64,000 nucleotides of DNA from positions 32,811 through 96,810 of the IMG/VR virus record IMGVR_UViG_3300028024_000105; one strand, given 5' to 3'. The DNA is from a virus. This document shows, in pieces, positions 33,883 through 44,244 of the stretch (positions within the stretch are counted from its first letter, which is position 1; each line of letters begins with the position of its first letter). Position numbers and translations under genes: made by a program. Below the pieces are notes generated by a model. The model did not search any database. It saw only the letters and a list, made by a program, of their open reading frames with translations, and was not told the DNA's origin.

Positions 33883-34143
33883 ATGAAACTGCGACCCCTG
33901 AACAGCACCGTCATCGTCTGCCGCGAGAAGGAAGAGACCAAGTCGCCCGGCGGCATCCTGCTCCCCGAGCAGGCGCGCGAGGTCCCGAACCGGGGCCGGA
34001 TCGAGGCCGCGCCCAAGGACTGCGAAGTCAAGAAGGGCGACCGGGTCCTCTTCGGGAACTACACGGGCAGCGAGATCAAGGTCGACGGCAAGTCGTACCT
34101 TGTCCTGAACGTGAAGGACCTGCTGGCAGTGGTCGAGGAGTGA
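33883..34143 (+). CDS. groES: co-chaperonin GroES
   Basis: MKLRPL...EETKSPGGILLPEQARE...VKKGDRVLFGNYTGSEIKVDGKSYLVL...DLLAVVE. Confidence 0.93.
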   Translation: MKLRPLNSTVIVCREKEETKSPGGILLPEQAREVPNRGRIEAAPKDCEVKKGDRVLFGNYTGSEIKVDGKSYLVLNVKDLLAVVEE

Positions 34144-34489
34144 GACGCACCGTCTTCATCCAGCGCAGCATCGACGGCAAGATCCTCTACTTCCGGCCCG
34201 CTCCTGACAAGCGCTGGGACTTGATGGTCGACGAGCCCGGCGGCTCGCGGTACACGTTCCAAGAGCTGCAGCCTGGTGAGGGCCGCTTCTTCCACATCAC
34301 ACCGGCCCGCCCGCCGAAGCGCTGACGCGTCCCCTGTCCAAGGGGGTGCATGGATCATCGAATTCGGGCCGCTCTTCGGCTGATCGGCATCATCCTGGCC
34401 ACGTCTCTCCTAGCCGCCCTTGCAGCCACCGCTCTGATCGCATTCTTCTACGAGTGCGCACGCGCGAAGGGCGCTCTGCAGGTGCCCTG

Positions 34490-36229
34490 ATGACGGACAA
34501 GATCCTCACGCCCGAGGAAGAAGACTTCAAGACCGTCTCGTTCTACTTGCAGAACCCGCCGCGCAACAAGCAGGAGCTGTACGCCTTCCTCAAGGCGCTG
34601 ACCGGCGAGGCGATGCCGCACACTGCCTGCTGCCCGAACCACGCCGCCCCGTTCGACTACATCTGGAACTCGTACCGGATGGACCTGCCGGAGTATCGGG
34701 GCAAGGGCTCGCGCAACCTGATCTACGTCGGCCCGCGCGGCGGTCACAAGTCTCTGTCCGTCGCCAAGCTGATCGCCGCCGAGCTGCTCACCAAGCCCCA
34801 GTGCTGGACCGTCGGCATGGGCGCCATCGAGACGCACGCCAAGGACACGTACCAGAACGTCATGCGGTACCTGTCTCACCCGGCCGTCGCGCTGGCCGGG
34901 ATGGTCATGAAGCAGCTCATGGAAGAGACCCTACTGTCGAACGGCTCGAAGTACAATCAGGTCTGCGCCACCTGGGCGGGCACGAACGGGAAGCACCCGC
35001 AGAAGCTCCGCACCGAAGAGAACGACCTGGTCTCCGACCCCGGCGTCATTGATCAGGCCAAGATGATGCCCTCCACCCACCACGGCCTGCGCGCGCACAT
35101 GACCTTCGTGTCCACGCGCAAGTGGGAAGACGGGATCATGGACGGCCTGGTGGAGAACGCCGAGGCGCGCAAGAACGAGGTTCTGGTCTCCTGCTACAAG
35201 GACAGCGCCGAACGCTGCTCCGAGGAACGCCACGGCCCGGCGTCCGACAAGCTCTACGAGGTCGAGGACATCTTCAACGAGGGCAAGACCGTCCAGTTCA
35301 AGGCGTACGCCAACTGCGAGACCTGCCCGCTTCTCCCGTCCTGTCGCGGCGACCTGGCCAAGGCCCACAAGTCCGGAGTCGTCTCCATCGACGACCTGAT
35401 CGCCGAGTGGGTGGACATGGACCGCGAAGTCTGGAAGTGGGAGAAGGAATGCGTCCGGGGGCGCGGCACCGGCAAATACTTCAGCTTCTGGGACAGCGTC
35501 CTGAACTCCGGTCACCACCCCTACCGTCCCGACATCGAGTGGGTCGATCTCTCCTTCGACTTCACGGGCGGCGGTGAGGACCCGACGGCCATCGGATTCT
35601 GGCAGACCGACGGCCTGGTCCCCGGGCGCCCCATGGAGGGCGACGGACCCAACGACTACCAGATCGCGGAGAAGATGTACGACGGTGCCAAGACCGACGA
35701 CTACGTCGCCAAGGACCTGTACGAGTTCATCAACGACAACGGCTACAAGCGCATCCGCTACATGTTCGGCGACTCGGCCGCCATGACTTGGATCAACCAG
35801 TTGAACAACACCGAGCCGCACGGCCACAAGAACTTCTTCAAGATCCGTCCGGTCCGCAAGATCGAGCGCACCGAGGGCTGGAAGCTGTTCCGGCAGCGCA
35901 TTCGAGACAACAGCGGTTGGCGCCACTGCTTCATCGACGCGGCCTGCACCCACACCAAGCGGGAGATCAAGAACGCCCGGCCGAAGAAGTCGGACCCCAA
36001 CGACATCGCCGACGCCTGCTCGGATCACTTCCTGGATCAGGCGCGGTATCGGTTCGTCGAGCTGCGCTACCACGGGATGCGCCAGCCGAACATCCGGATC
36101 ATCGGCGGGAGCCCCGAGGGGACCATCCTCCAGCCCGGCGGCAATTCCGGGGTGGAGCGGTCCAAGAGTAAAGACAGCCTGTATCTCCCGCGCTATCTTC
36201 GCACGGGGGACGACGAAGACGACGACTAG
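34490..36229 (+). CDS. terL: terminase large subunit
   Basis: GPRGGHKS (Walker A variant), FVST coupling motif, SFDFTGGGEDPTAIG, GDSAA, DHFLDQARY; directly upstream of the portal gene. Confidence 0.85.
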   Translation: MTDKILTPEEEDFKTVSFYLQNPPRNKQELYAFLKALTGEAMPHTACCPNHAAPFDYIWNSYRMDLPEYRGKGSRNLIYVGPRGGHKSLSVAKLIAAELLTKPQCWTVGMGAIETHAKDTYQNVMRYLSHPAVALAGMVMKQLMEETLLSNGSKYNQVCATWAGTNGKHPQKLRTEENDLVSDPGVIDQAKMMPSTHHGLRAHMTFVSTRKWEDGIMDGLVENAEARKNEVLVSCYKDSAERCSEERHGPASDKLYEVEDIFNEGKTVQFKAYANCETCPLLPSCRGDLAKAHKSGVVSIDDLIAEWVDMDREVWKWEKECVRGRGTGKYFSFWDSVLNSGHHPYRPDIEWVDLSFDFTGGGEDPTAIGFWQTDGLVPGRPMEGDGPNDYQIAEKMYDGAKTDDYVAKDLYEFINDNGYKRIRYMFGDSAAMTWINQLNNTEPHGHKNFFKIRPVRKIERTEGWKLFRQRIRDNSGWRHCFIDAACTHTKREIKNARPKKSDPNDIADACSDHFLDQARYRFVELRYHGMRQPNIRIIGGSPEGTILQPGGNSGVERSKSKDSLYLPRYLRTGDDEDDD

Positions 36230-36243
36230 GGGCATCCATCGCC

Positions 36244-39162
36244 ATGCGGTACGTGCAGTTCCTGAAGGACCAGTTCCAGAACTTCGTCAACGGGGTGCCG
36301 CGTGAGCAGGTCGAAGAGACCGTCATCGCCCTTCGAACCCCCGTCGCGAAAGCGAAGAAATCCCAGCCGCAGGCTTCCGACGATCCGATCTTCGACGATC
36401 TGCGCACGCCCATGGTGGCAGAGCGCTACACCGAGGCGGACCTTCGGGACTTCCTGAACCTCTACTCCTCGCACACCTGGACGTTCCGCTGTGCCAACAC
36501 CATCGCCACGGCAGCGGCGACGGTCGATTTCGTCTTCAAGAAGGGCAAGGACGAGATCGAGGAAGAGGACCGGAGCGGCTTCCTGAAGCAGCCCAACTTC
36601 TTCCAGACCTGGTACGATCTGTTCGAGACCACCTTCCTGCATCTCGAGCTGGCGGGCAACTCGTTCTGGGAGATCCAGCGGCAGGACAAGGAGATCGTCA
36701 ACATCTTCCCGCTGCGCCCGGACCGTATCACCATCGTGCCGGATGCCAAGAAGCGCGTCCTGCAGTACGAGTACAACGTCAACGGCGAGATCATCCGCTA
36801 CGAGCCCGAAGAGATCCTGCACCTGAAGTACGCTGACGCGAAGGCCGAGTTCTGGGGCATCGCGCCCGCGTCGGCCGCGCGCAATACGATCACGCTGGAT
36901 TTCTACGCCATCGCCTGGAACAAGGACTTCTTCAACCACGGCGCCGAGCCCGGCTTCGTTCTCGAGACCGAGAACACGCTGACGGACATGGCGTTCAACC
37001 GGCTCCAGAAGCTCTGGGGCAAACGCCATCGCGGCAAGCCGCACGAGTTCGCGCTGCTCGAAGAGGGCCTGAAGTACAAGGCCGTCACGTCGAATCACGC
37101 GGACATGCAGTATCTGGAGGGCCGAGACAAGAACGCCGAGGAGATCGGTGGCGCCTACAACGTGCCCCCGTTCTTCCTGGGTCGGGACGGTGGCGGCCCG
37201 CCCAACGAGCAGAAGAAGCGACTCTACCAGACGAACGTCATCCCGAAGCTGACGAAGCTCGGCAAGTTCCTGAACGCCTTCCTGTTCTCGTCTCAGGGTG
37301 TGCGCATCGACTTCCTCACGAAGTCGCTGCCCATGATCATCGAAGACGAGGAGATCAAGGCGCGCATCGCCCAGTCGAACGTCAACCACGGCATCTGGAC
37401 CCAGAACGAGGCGCGCCACATCGAGTGGGGCATGAAGCCCGTGGCCTGGGGCGACACGTGGTGGCAGTCGGTTGGTCTGTTCGACACTCAGAAGCCCGAG
37501 ACCCGTCCGGTGCAGGGTGGCATCGCCGGGGATTTGCCCGGCAATGCAGGTTCCGGCGCTGGCAAGTCGTCCGGATTCAATCATCCTTCGCAGATTCCGG
37601 CTCCTACTTCGAAGGGCTGCACCTTCGAGTCCGATGGAGTGGACTTCGAGAAGGCCGACGAGATCGGCATGGTCCCCATCCTCAAGATGGAGGTCCGTGA
37701 GCCCGACTGGGCCGACAAGCAGGAAGTCGAGGACTGGCAGCAGTTCATGTTCTGGAAGCAGCTCGTCGGACCGGACGAGCTGGAGCTGCGGCGTCAGTTC
37801 CGTGGCTTCTTCAAGGGACAGGGCGAACGCATCCTGCCGCGCATCGCGCATCTGTGGCCGATGCACAAGGCCGAGGAGAGCGGCGACGCCCGCAAGATCG
37901 CCATCGTGGAGATCCTGAAGCTGCTCTTCGACGAACAGCTCGAGGAGAACGTCCTGCGCTCGTTCATGGTTCCCATCGCCGAGAACTCGGTCCGCAAGTA
38001 CGGCCAGAATCTGCTCACCACCAAGAACATCCCGATCCCCTTCCGCATGAGCGACCCGAACGTGCGGAAGTTCATGGAGAAGTACACCGCGTCGCAGGTC
38101 CGCCACATCAGCGAGACCACCCGGCAGATCCTGAAGGACCAGCTCCTGAAGGCAGCCGACGCGGGCGAGCCCATCAAGGCCGTCCTCGCGCGCGTGCGCG
38201 ATGCGTTCGACGGCAATGTCTCGGTGGCCCGCGCCCAGCGCATCGCGCGGACGGAGCTGGTCACCATGTCCAACAACGCCCGCCTGCTCGCGGCCCAGCA
38301 GTCCGGCGTCCTGACCCAGAAGCGGTGGATCTCCGAGAAGCTCCCCACGACCCGGCAGGAGAAGACCGGCGCCAACCACATCAATATGCACGGCATCCAG
38401 ATGGCCATCAACCAGCCGTTCGAGGTCCCCAACCGCAAGGGCGGCGTCGACCTGATGGACGTCCCTGGCGCCAACTCCGGATCGGCCGAGAACGTCTGCA
38501 ACTGCGTCTGCGTCGCCAGCTTCTCCGGCAATCGCGACGCCTTCGCCGACCTGATCGCGCCCCCCGACGAGGTCCCGCCGGACGCCAAAGTGATCGGCAA
38601 GTTGGCCGATCAGATTGCTGCCCTGGAGAAGTGCAACGCCGAGCTGGCCGAGCAGCTTCAGACTCTTCTCGCCGACGCCGAGACGGAGCCGGAACCCGAT
38701 CCCGAACCGCCAGCGCCCCCGGCTCCCCCCGCGCCGAACGTCACGAACGTGACCGTGAACGTGGCGCCGTCGCCCGCGCCCAACATCACCAACCAGATCG
38801 ACGTCAAGCCCTCCGATGTGAAGGCGCCGGACGTGAACGTGGAAGTCGACGTGAATCCGACCCCGATCAACGTGGAGGTCGAGGCACCCGACGTGCACAT
38901 CGACAACCACAATCAGATCGACGTCGAGCCCGCTCCCGTGCAGGTCGACAAGGCCGCCCCGCAGCCGGTGATCGTCAACGTGCCCGCGCCCATCGTCACC
39001 GTTGAGGTCCACCCCGAGATCAAGGCTCCGGACGTGCACGTGGAGGTCAATCCCGAGATCAAGATCCCGGCAACGACCGAGAAGACCACGATCATCCGCG
39101 ACCCGAAGACCCGCGAGATCAAGGGTAGCATCAAGGAAATCACTCCGGAGAACCCGGCGTGA
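36244..39162 (+). CDS. HK97-family portal fused to a MuF-like head morphogenesis domain and a Pro/Val-rich tail
   Basis: Portal: LKQPN, LELAGNSF, PLRPD, EILHLK, GIAP, FFNHGAEPG, LEEGLKY, YNVPP. MuF: RAQRIARTE, KRWIS, NCVC. Confidence 0.9.
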   Translation: MRYVQFLKDQFQNFVNGVPREQVEETVIALRTPVAKAKKSQPQASDDPIFDDLRTPMVAERYTEADLRDFLNLYSSHTWTFRCANTIATAAATVDFVFKKGKDEIEEEDRSGFLKQPNFFQTWYDLFETTFLHLELAGNSFWEIQRQDKEIVNIFPLRPDRITIVPDAKKRVLQYEYNVNGEIIRYEPEEILHLKYADAKAEFWGIAPASAARNTITLDFYAIAWNKDFFNHGAEPGFVLETENTLTDMAFNRLQKLWGKRHRGKPHEFALLEEGLKYKAVTSNHADMQYLEGRDKNAEEIGGAYNVPPFFLGRDGGGPPNEQKKRLYQTNVIPKLTKLGKFLNAFLFSSQGVRIDFLTKSLPMIIEDEEIKARIAQSNVNHGIWTQNEARHIEWGMKPVAWGDTWWQSVGLFDTQKPETRPVQGGIAGDLPGNAGSGAGKSSGFNHPSQIPAPTSKGCTFESDGVDFEKADEIGMVPILKMEVREPDWADKQEVEDWQQFMFWKQLVGPDELELRRQFRGFFKGQGERILPRIAHLWPMHKAEESGDARKIAIVEILKLLFDEQLEENVLRSFMVPIAENSVRKYGQNLLTTKNIPIPFRMSDPNVRKFMEKYTASQVRHISETTRQILKDQLLKAADAGEPIKAVLARVRDAFDGNVSVARAQRIARTELVTMSNNARLLAAQQSGVLTQKRWISEKLPTTRQEKTGANHINMHGIQMAINQPFEVPNRKGGVDLMDVPGANSGSAENVCNCVCVASFSGNRDAFADLIAPPDEVPPDAKVIGKLADQIAALEKCNAELAEQLQTLLADAETEPEPDPEPPAPPAPPAPNVTNVTVNVAPSPAPNITNQIDVKPSDVKAPDVNVEVDVNPTPINVEVEAPDVHIDNHNQIDVEPAPVQVDKAAPQPVIVNVPAPIVTVEVHPEIKAPDVHVEVNPEIKIPATTEKTTIIRDPKTREIKGSIKEITPENPA

Positions 39163-40238
39163 GATCCATCTCCGGCCCGCGTCCTGCCCGCAAGATCCGT
39201 GAGACCAGCGGTCCTACCATCCTGACGCTGGACGACATTCCGGACGGCTACCTGCTCGCCCGCGACGGCTCGCTGGTGGCGGGCGTCGACCCCAGCGGCT
39301 TCGCGCCGGTCGCAGTCATGGCCTGGAAGGAACACGTCCGGGCGGCGACCACCGCCAACGGGACGCTGGCCACCGCCTTCGAGAACGGCGACACCATCGA
39401 CGGAGTCGCCCTCGCCACGGGCGACCGCATTCTGATCAAGAATCAGACGTCTCAGGACGAGAACGGCATCTACGTCGTCGCCGCTTCGGGCGCGCCCACA
39501 CGCGCTACGGACGCCAACACGGCCGCCGAACTGGAGAGCGCCGCCGTCTTCGTCGACGAGGGCACGATCAACAAGAACACGGCCTGGGTGCAGACGACCG
39601 ACAACTTCACCCTGGGCAGCGGCAACGTCGTCTTCGCACAGTTCGACGGCGGTCAGCTCACGGCCGGGGCCGGACTCACTCGCTCGGGCGACACCATCGA
39701 CGTGGGTGCCGGAGACGGCATTCAGGTCAACGCGAACGATGTCACGGTCAAGCTCGACGGGGCTACGCTCACCAAAGGCGCGGGCGGTCTGAAGGTCACC
39801 AACCCCGCCATCGGGGACATCGGATGCGTGGCCGCGCGAGTGGCGAACTTCTCCATTCCCAACAACACCGATACGTCCCTGATCTTCGATACTTCCAAGT
39901 ATGACACCGACTCCATGCTGGATATCGGTGGAGCCCACCCCGAGCGCATCAAGTTTACGACGGCCGGGAAGTATTATTTGCTGGCGCACATGGAAACCCT
40001 GTTCAGCGTCGGCACCGATCTGTGGTGCGACGTCGCACTGAACGGCACCAAGATCAAGCGGTTCACGGCCTACTTTGGCCATGCTGGGATGGCGCTTCTT
40101 TGCGTTTTCGAGCGACAGTTCGCCGCAAACGATTACATCGAGTTCATCTTCTACCAGATCGCGGGCGGCGCGGCCGATCTCGGCGACGAGATGGGAACTG
40201 GCGAAGGTCTCACTGTAGCCGCGAGACGGGTGGCATGA
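39159..40238 (+). CDS. virion fibre/decoration protein
   Basis: VRAATT...IDGV.L..GDRILIKNQ...ENGIYVV...RATDA domain; AGAGL/AGDGI repeats; C1q-like C-terminus. Confidence 0.7.
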   Translation: MRSISGPRPARKIRETSGPTILTLDDIPDGYLLARDGSLVAGVDPSGFAPVAVMAWKEHVRAATTANGTLATAFENGDTIDGVALATGDRILIKNQTSQDENGIYVVAASGAPTRATDANTAAELESAAVFVDEGTINKNTAWVQTTDNFTLGSGNVVFAQFDGGQLTAGAGLTRSGDTIDVGAGDGIQVNANDVTVKLDGATLTKGAGGLKVTNPAIGDIGCVAARVANFSIPNNTDTSLIFDTSKYDTDSMLDIGGAHPERIKFTTAGKYYLLAHMETLFSVGTDLWCDVALNGTKIKRFTAYFGHAGMALLCVFERQFAANDYIEFIFYQIAGGAADLGDEMGTGEGLTVAARRVA

Positions 40239-40612
40239 TGAAACAGCTCGGCCCCATCGACCCGAAGACCTTCGACGGCGCGCAGTTCGGAGCGATTCAT
40301 TCTCTCGTCAGAGGAGAGTTCTTCGCCAAGGAAGTGCAGGGCGAGATGTTCATCTTCGCGCCGGACTCTGTGCCTGACGATGCCCAGCTCGTCTTCGTGC
40401 TGCCAAAGACGGAGCCGAAGAAGCTCGCGGCCGCCATCATCGCCGACAACCTGAACAACGACGTCGAATGGGCGAAGCTGTCGACGGACCAGAAGCTCGA
40501 CCGCCTACGTGCCTCGCTTCTCAAGAGCGCGGCGCTGCAGATCAGCGGGAAAGCGGACCCTGCGGAAATCCAGAAAGCCTTGGTAGCTGAAGCGGAGGTC
40601 GCATCCCCGTGA
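40235..40612 (+). CDS. hypothetical protein
   Basis: ATGA overlap after the fibre gene. Confidence 0.6.
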   Translation: MMKQLGPIDPKTFDGAQFGAIHSLVRGEFFAKEVQGEMFIFAPDSVPDDAQLVFVLPKTEPKKLAAAIIADNLNNDVEWAKLSTDQKLDRLRASLLKSAALQISGKADPAEIQKALVAEAEVASP

Positions 40613-41538
40613 TCGAGATTCATCCGACCGAAGTCGTGGAATATGAGTTCACCGTCCTGGACGATGACGGCGTCCCCGTCACTGGCCTGACCGACGGCGA
40701 CTTCACCAAGACGCTGGTTATCGACGGGACTGGCAGCGGCGGCACCGTTACGATCACGGAAGTCTCGGTCGGCATCTACACCTACTCGTTTGCCGCCGGA
40801 GCCACCGGCCGCTACTACCTGCAGATCACCTGCACCGATCCGAACGTCACGACCGTCTGGGACGAGGACTTCCGATGCGTGATCGGCGACGAAGTCTTCG
40901 TCGGCCGGAACAACGTGATCGTCAGCACGGTGGCGCGCTTCGAGTTCCTGATCCTGGACCGCAACAAGCTCCCGGTCACGGGCATCTCGTCCTTCGGCGA
41001 CAAATTCATCTCCAAGAACGGCGCTGACCAGAGCGTGACGGGCCTCGCCGTCTCCGAGATTGGATCGACCGGAAGATACACCGTCACCTACACCCCGGCC
41101 ACCACGGGCGTCTGGGTCATCATCGTGGGCGACCAGATGCGCGGCTACTGGAAGGCCGTCTTCGATGTGGTGGTCAGCTCCACTCTCACCGCATCCGACA
41201 TCCGGATCGAGATGGACAACAACTCCACCAAGCTCGCGCGCGTCGACGTCGCAGTCTCCACCCGTGCCACGCCCGCCGATGTCCTGGCTGCCGTGGCGAC
41301 CGTGGTGCTCGACCCGGCCACGCTCTCGGCCATCGCCGACGCGCTCCTGGATCGTGCCGACGCCATCGACGGCAAGACGCCGCGCGAGGCACTGCAGATC
41401 ATCGGCGCGACCACGTCCGGTGAGTCCAGCGGTGACCCCGGGACTCCGACGTTCAAGGGTCTCGATGAAGTGACCGACCGCGTGGCCGCCATCGTGGACG
41501 GCGACGGGAACAGAACGTCCGTCACCTACCTCCCGTGA
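40609..41538 (+). CDS. virion protein with two Ig-like repeats
   Basis: Duplicated LD...PVTG...TE...G.YT..F/Y.....G.Y/W. Confidence 0.65.
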   Translation: MIEIHPTEVVEYEFTVLDDDGVPVTGLTDGDFTKTLVIDGTGSGGTVTITEVSVGIYTYSFAAGATGRYYLQITCTDPNVTTVWDEDFRCVIGDEVFVGRNNVIVSTVARFEFLILDRNKLPVTGISSFGDKFISKNGADQSVTGLAVSEIGSTGRYTVTYTPATTGVWVIIVGDQMRGYWKAVFDVVVSSTLTASDIRIEMDNNSTKLARVDVAVSTRATPADVLAAVATVVLDPATLSAIADALLDRADAIDGKTPREALQIIGATTSGESSGDPGTPTFKGLDEVTDRVAAIVDGDGNRTSVTYLP

Positions 41539-41876
41539 CGACCTATCCATATCTGGGCAAGCCTGGCGGCGCAGTGCCGCGCGTCGGCCGCGTCGATCCA
41601 CAGCAGATGGTGGTGCGCCGTGGCAATATGCTCGTCGGCGCAGACATCCCGGTCGGTGTGCTGTCGATTCACTGGAACCAAACGCCGGAAGGCGAGATCG
41701 ACGGCGTCAACGACACGTTCATCCTGCCGACCGAGCCGCAGGTCGAGAACTCCATCATGCTCTTCAAGAACGGCCTACTGCTGGTCCAAGGTAGTGACTA
41801 CGCCGCTGTTCTCGACGCGGTGATTTTTGACACTCCTCCGGAAGTGGGGTCTGTCCTGTTGGTGACGTACCAGTAA
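41535..41876 (+). CDS. small virion beta-domain protein
   Basis: TPEGEIDGVNDTF.L...P......LFKNGLL...GSDY, also found at the C-terminus of 41886-42926. Confidence 0.65.
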   Translation: MTTYPYLGKPGGAVPRVGRVDPQQMVVRRGNMLVGADIPVGVLSIHWNQTPEGEIDGVNDTFILPTEPQVENSIMLFKNGLLLVQGSDYAAVLDAVIFDTPPEVGSVLLVTYQ

Positions 41877-41885
41877 GAGGCAATC

Positions 41886-42926
41886 ATGCCCAGCACGCAG
41901 ATCAACGGCGGCACCCAGATTCAGGACGCCACCGTCACCAACGCCAAGCTGGCGGGCTCCATCACTTCGGCCAAGCTCGTCGACGGCGCCAACTTCGTCA
42001 AGAAGGACGGCTCGGTCACGATGACCGCCGATCTCCCGCTGGGCGGGTTCAAGGCGACCGGCGCGGCCGACGGCATCAACCCCGGCGATTACGTCACCAT
42101 GCGCCAGTTGGACGCGGCCAAGCAGGGCCTGGACGTGAAGGCTTCCGCGCGCGCGGCCACGACCGCCGTGCTACCCGCGTGCACGTACGCGAACGGCGCT
42201 TCGGGCGCAGGCGCGACCCTGACCGGGAACGCCAACGGCGCGCTCGCCGCGCAGGACGGGATCACGCTCGTCCTCAACGACCGGCTGCTGGTCAAGAATC
42301 AGGCGGCCCCGGAACAGAACGGCATCTATGCCGTCACGCAGGTGGGCACGGGCGGGACGCCCTTCATCCTGACGCGCGCGGTGGACGCCGACACGACCGC
42401 CAAGACCACGGGCGGGATGCACGTCTTCGTCGAGGAAGGCACGACCCTGGCCGACACCGGCTGGGTGCTGACCACCGACGGCGCGCTGACCATCGGCACC
42501 ACGGCCCAGAACTTCACCCAGTTCTCGAGCGCCGGGACGATCACGGCTTCCACCGGCCTGACCAAGGTCGGAAGCGACATCCGCGCGGTGGCCGGGAACG
42601 GCATCGACGGCGCTTTCCCCGGCGGCGCGCTCGCCGTCAAGGCGGCCGACACGTCGATCACGGTGGCGTCCGGCGGCATCAGCGTTTCCACGGCGTTCGT
42701 GACGTCTCACAAGGTCACGCGCGAGACCCCGAGCGGCACCATCAACGGCTCGACCACGGTGTTCACGCTGGCCAACACCCCGGTGGCCGGGACCGAGGAA
42801 GTCTTCCTGAACGGCATCCTGCAGGAAGCGGGCGCCGGGAACGACTACACGATCTCCGGAACCTCCATCACCATGCTGGCCGCGCCGCTGACCGGGGACC
42901 GTCTCAAGGTCAACTACTGGAAGTAA
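41886..42926 (+). CDS. virion fibre/decoration protein
   Basis: Shares the RAATT/DRLLVKNQ/NGIY domain with 39159; C-terminal ETPSGTING..TVFTLA.TP...VFLNG..Q..G..NDYT. Confidence 0.75.
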   Translation: MPSTQINGGTQIQDATVTNAKLAGSITSAKLVDGANFVKKDGSVTMTADLPLGGFKATGAADGINPGDYVTMRQLDAAKQGLDVKASARAATTAVLPACTYANGASGAGATLTGNANGALAAQDGITLVLNDRLLVKNQAAPEQNGIYAVTQVGTGGTPFILTRAVDADTTAKTTGGMHVFVEEGTTLADTGWVLTTDGALTIGTTAQNFTQFSSAGTITASTGLTKVGSDIRAVAGNGIDGAFPGGALAVKAADTSITVASGGISVSTAFVTSHKVTRETPSGTINGSTTVFTLANTPVAGTEEVFLNGILQEAGAGNDYTISGTSITMLAAPLTGDRLKVNYWK

Positions 42927-42929
42927 ACG

Positions 42930-43616
42930 ATGCCTCCGACCGTCGTCCGCTCCGGGCAGATCCTGGACGGCAGCCTGACGGACGTCGACGTCGCTGCCGC
43001 CAACAAGGACGGTACGGCCGCAACGCCGTCGCTGCGCACCCTTGGCACGGGAGCCCTGCAGGCGGCAGCCGGGAATGACGCACGTCTCGGACTCAACATC
43101 GACTCGGACGCTCGCGTCTTCCAGTCCCCGCTGGTCACGAACGGCACCTTCCTACTGATCAGCGGGACGGCCTACTTCGTCTACCTAGGCCGGACGCTCC
43201 AGTCCTTCACTCCCAAGTTCGTGGAGTTCTTCATGTCTACGGCCGGGGCCGGAGCCCAGACGGCCGAGATCGGCTTCTTCTCGACGCCGAATGCCCCGGG
43301 CAAGGCCGGGCAGACTCTCACGAAGCTCGCGACGTCCAACGCGCTCGACTCGCTCACCGCCACCCTGACGGTCAAGCGCAACACGTCTGCCCTGGCTATC
43401 GCCATCGCGGCCGGTGTTCACCTGTGGGCGGGCATCCGTGTCGCCATGGCCACGACCCAGCCGACGCTGCGCGGGCTGCAGGACGACTGGGGCGAGGCAC
43501 AGATCCTCGCGCTCGCGGGCGCGGGCACGTTCGCGGCGACCGCCACCTTCGCCGGGGCTGTCCTGGCTGCCGCCACCCAGATCACCTGCCCGGCGCTCCG
43601 AGCCACGATGGATTGA
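42930..43616 (+). CDS. putative virion protein
   Basis: Ala/Gly/Thr-rich; SLRTLGTGALQAAAGNDARL fibre-type motif. Confidence 0.65.
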   Translation: MPPTVVRSGQILDGSLTDVDVAAANKDGTAATPSLRTLGTGALQAAAGNDARLGLNIDSDARVFQSPLVTNGTFLLISGTAYFVYLGRTLQSFTPKFVEFFMSTAGAGAQTAEIGFFSTPNAPGKAGQTLTKLATSNALDSLTATLTVKRNTSALAIAIAAGVHLWAGIRVAMATTQPTLRGLQDDWGEAQILALAGAGTFAATATFAGAVLAAATQITCPALRATMD

Positions 43617-43619
43617 GTC

Positions 43620-43895
43620 GTGAACAGATTCTTCTCGGGCTCGTCCTGGTCCAGCACGATGTTCGGCACGACTCTGTTCCACGGAATCGAGTCCTCCGTT
43701 GAAACAGGTGACGGCCACTTCTGGGGAAGCAAGTTCTGGTCGGGCTCCATGTTCTCGACCACCTTCTTCGCCGGTCGCCGCGTGGCCGCTCCCGTGATCG
43801 CGCCCGGCTGCTCGCCCCAGCGCCAGCGCCTGCCCATCATCGACGACGGCGACAGCGACGAAGAGGAATCGCTGTTCGCACTCGGCGAAATCTGA
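43620..43895 (+). CDS. hypothetical protein with a duplicated aromatic repeat
   Basis: FFSGSSWSSTMFGTTLFHG / FWGSKFWSGSMFSTTFFAG. Confidence 0.55.
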   Translation: MNRFFSGSSWSSTMFGTTLFHGIESSVETGDGHFWGSKFWSGSMFSTTFFAGRRVAAPVIAPGCSPQRQRLPIIDDGDSDEEESLFALGEI

Positions 43896-43992
43896 GGTCG
43901 TTTCGTCGACGACCGGTCCAAGCCTATATCAGTGAAGACATCGAACGCACACGGACACATCAACCACTACTTGCACGCACCCTGCGCGCTCC

Positions 43993-44235
43993 ATGTCCAA
44001 GTCTACGGAGACGCAAATGCTGCAGCCTAAGTTCAAGTACCGCATCCAGTACGGCAACCGGGTGAAGTACGCCAACGTGATCGACTTCAACAGGAACAGC
44101 GGCGTGCTCACGGTCGACGGCATCGTGACCATGATCTACCACCCCGAGCATCTCAAGATCACCAGCACCGAAGAATTGAAGACCGAACCGGACGGCCCGC
44201 AGGAGCGTGCTGCCGTGGGCGGACTCGCATTGTAG
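43993..44235 (+). CDS. hypothetical protein
   Basis: Follows the late motif at 43916. Confidence 0.55.
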   Translation: MSKSTETQMLQPKFKYRIQYGNRVKYANVIDFNRNSGVLTVDGIVTMIYHPEHLKITSTEELKTEPDGPQERAAVGGLAL

Positions 44236-44244
44236 GAGCATCGG

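Noticed and set aside
34346-34489. ORF-track N-terminal extensions of TerL (also capsid 46438, protease 45100, kinase 14218, radical SAM 26171, GroES 33547)
   Set aside because: Better starts are given by SD sequences, stop/start overlaps or the promoter-N5-start rule; the extensions overlap other genes or promoters
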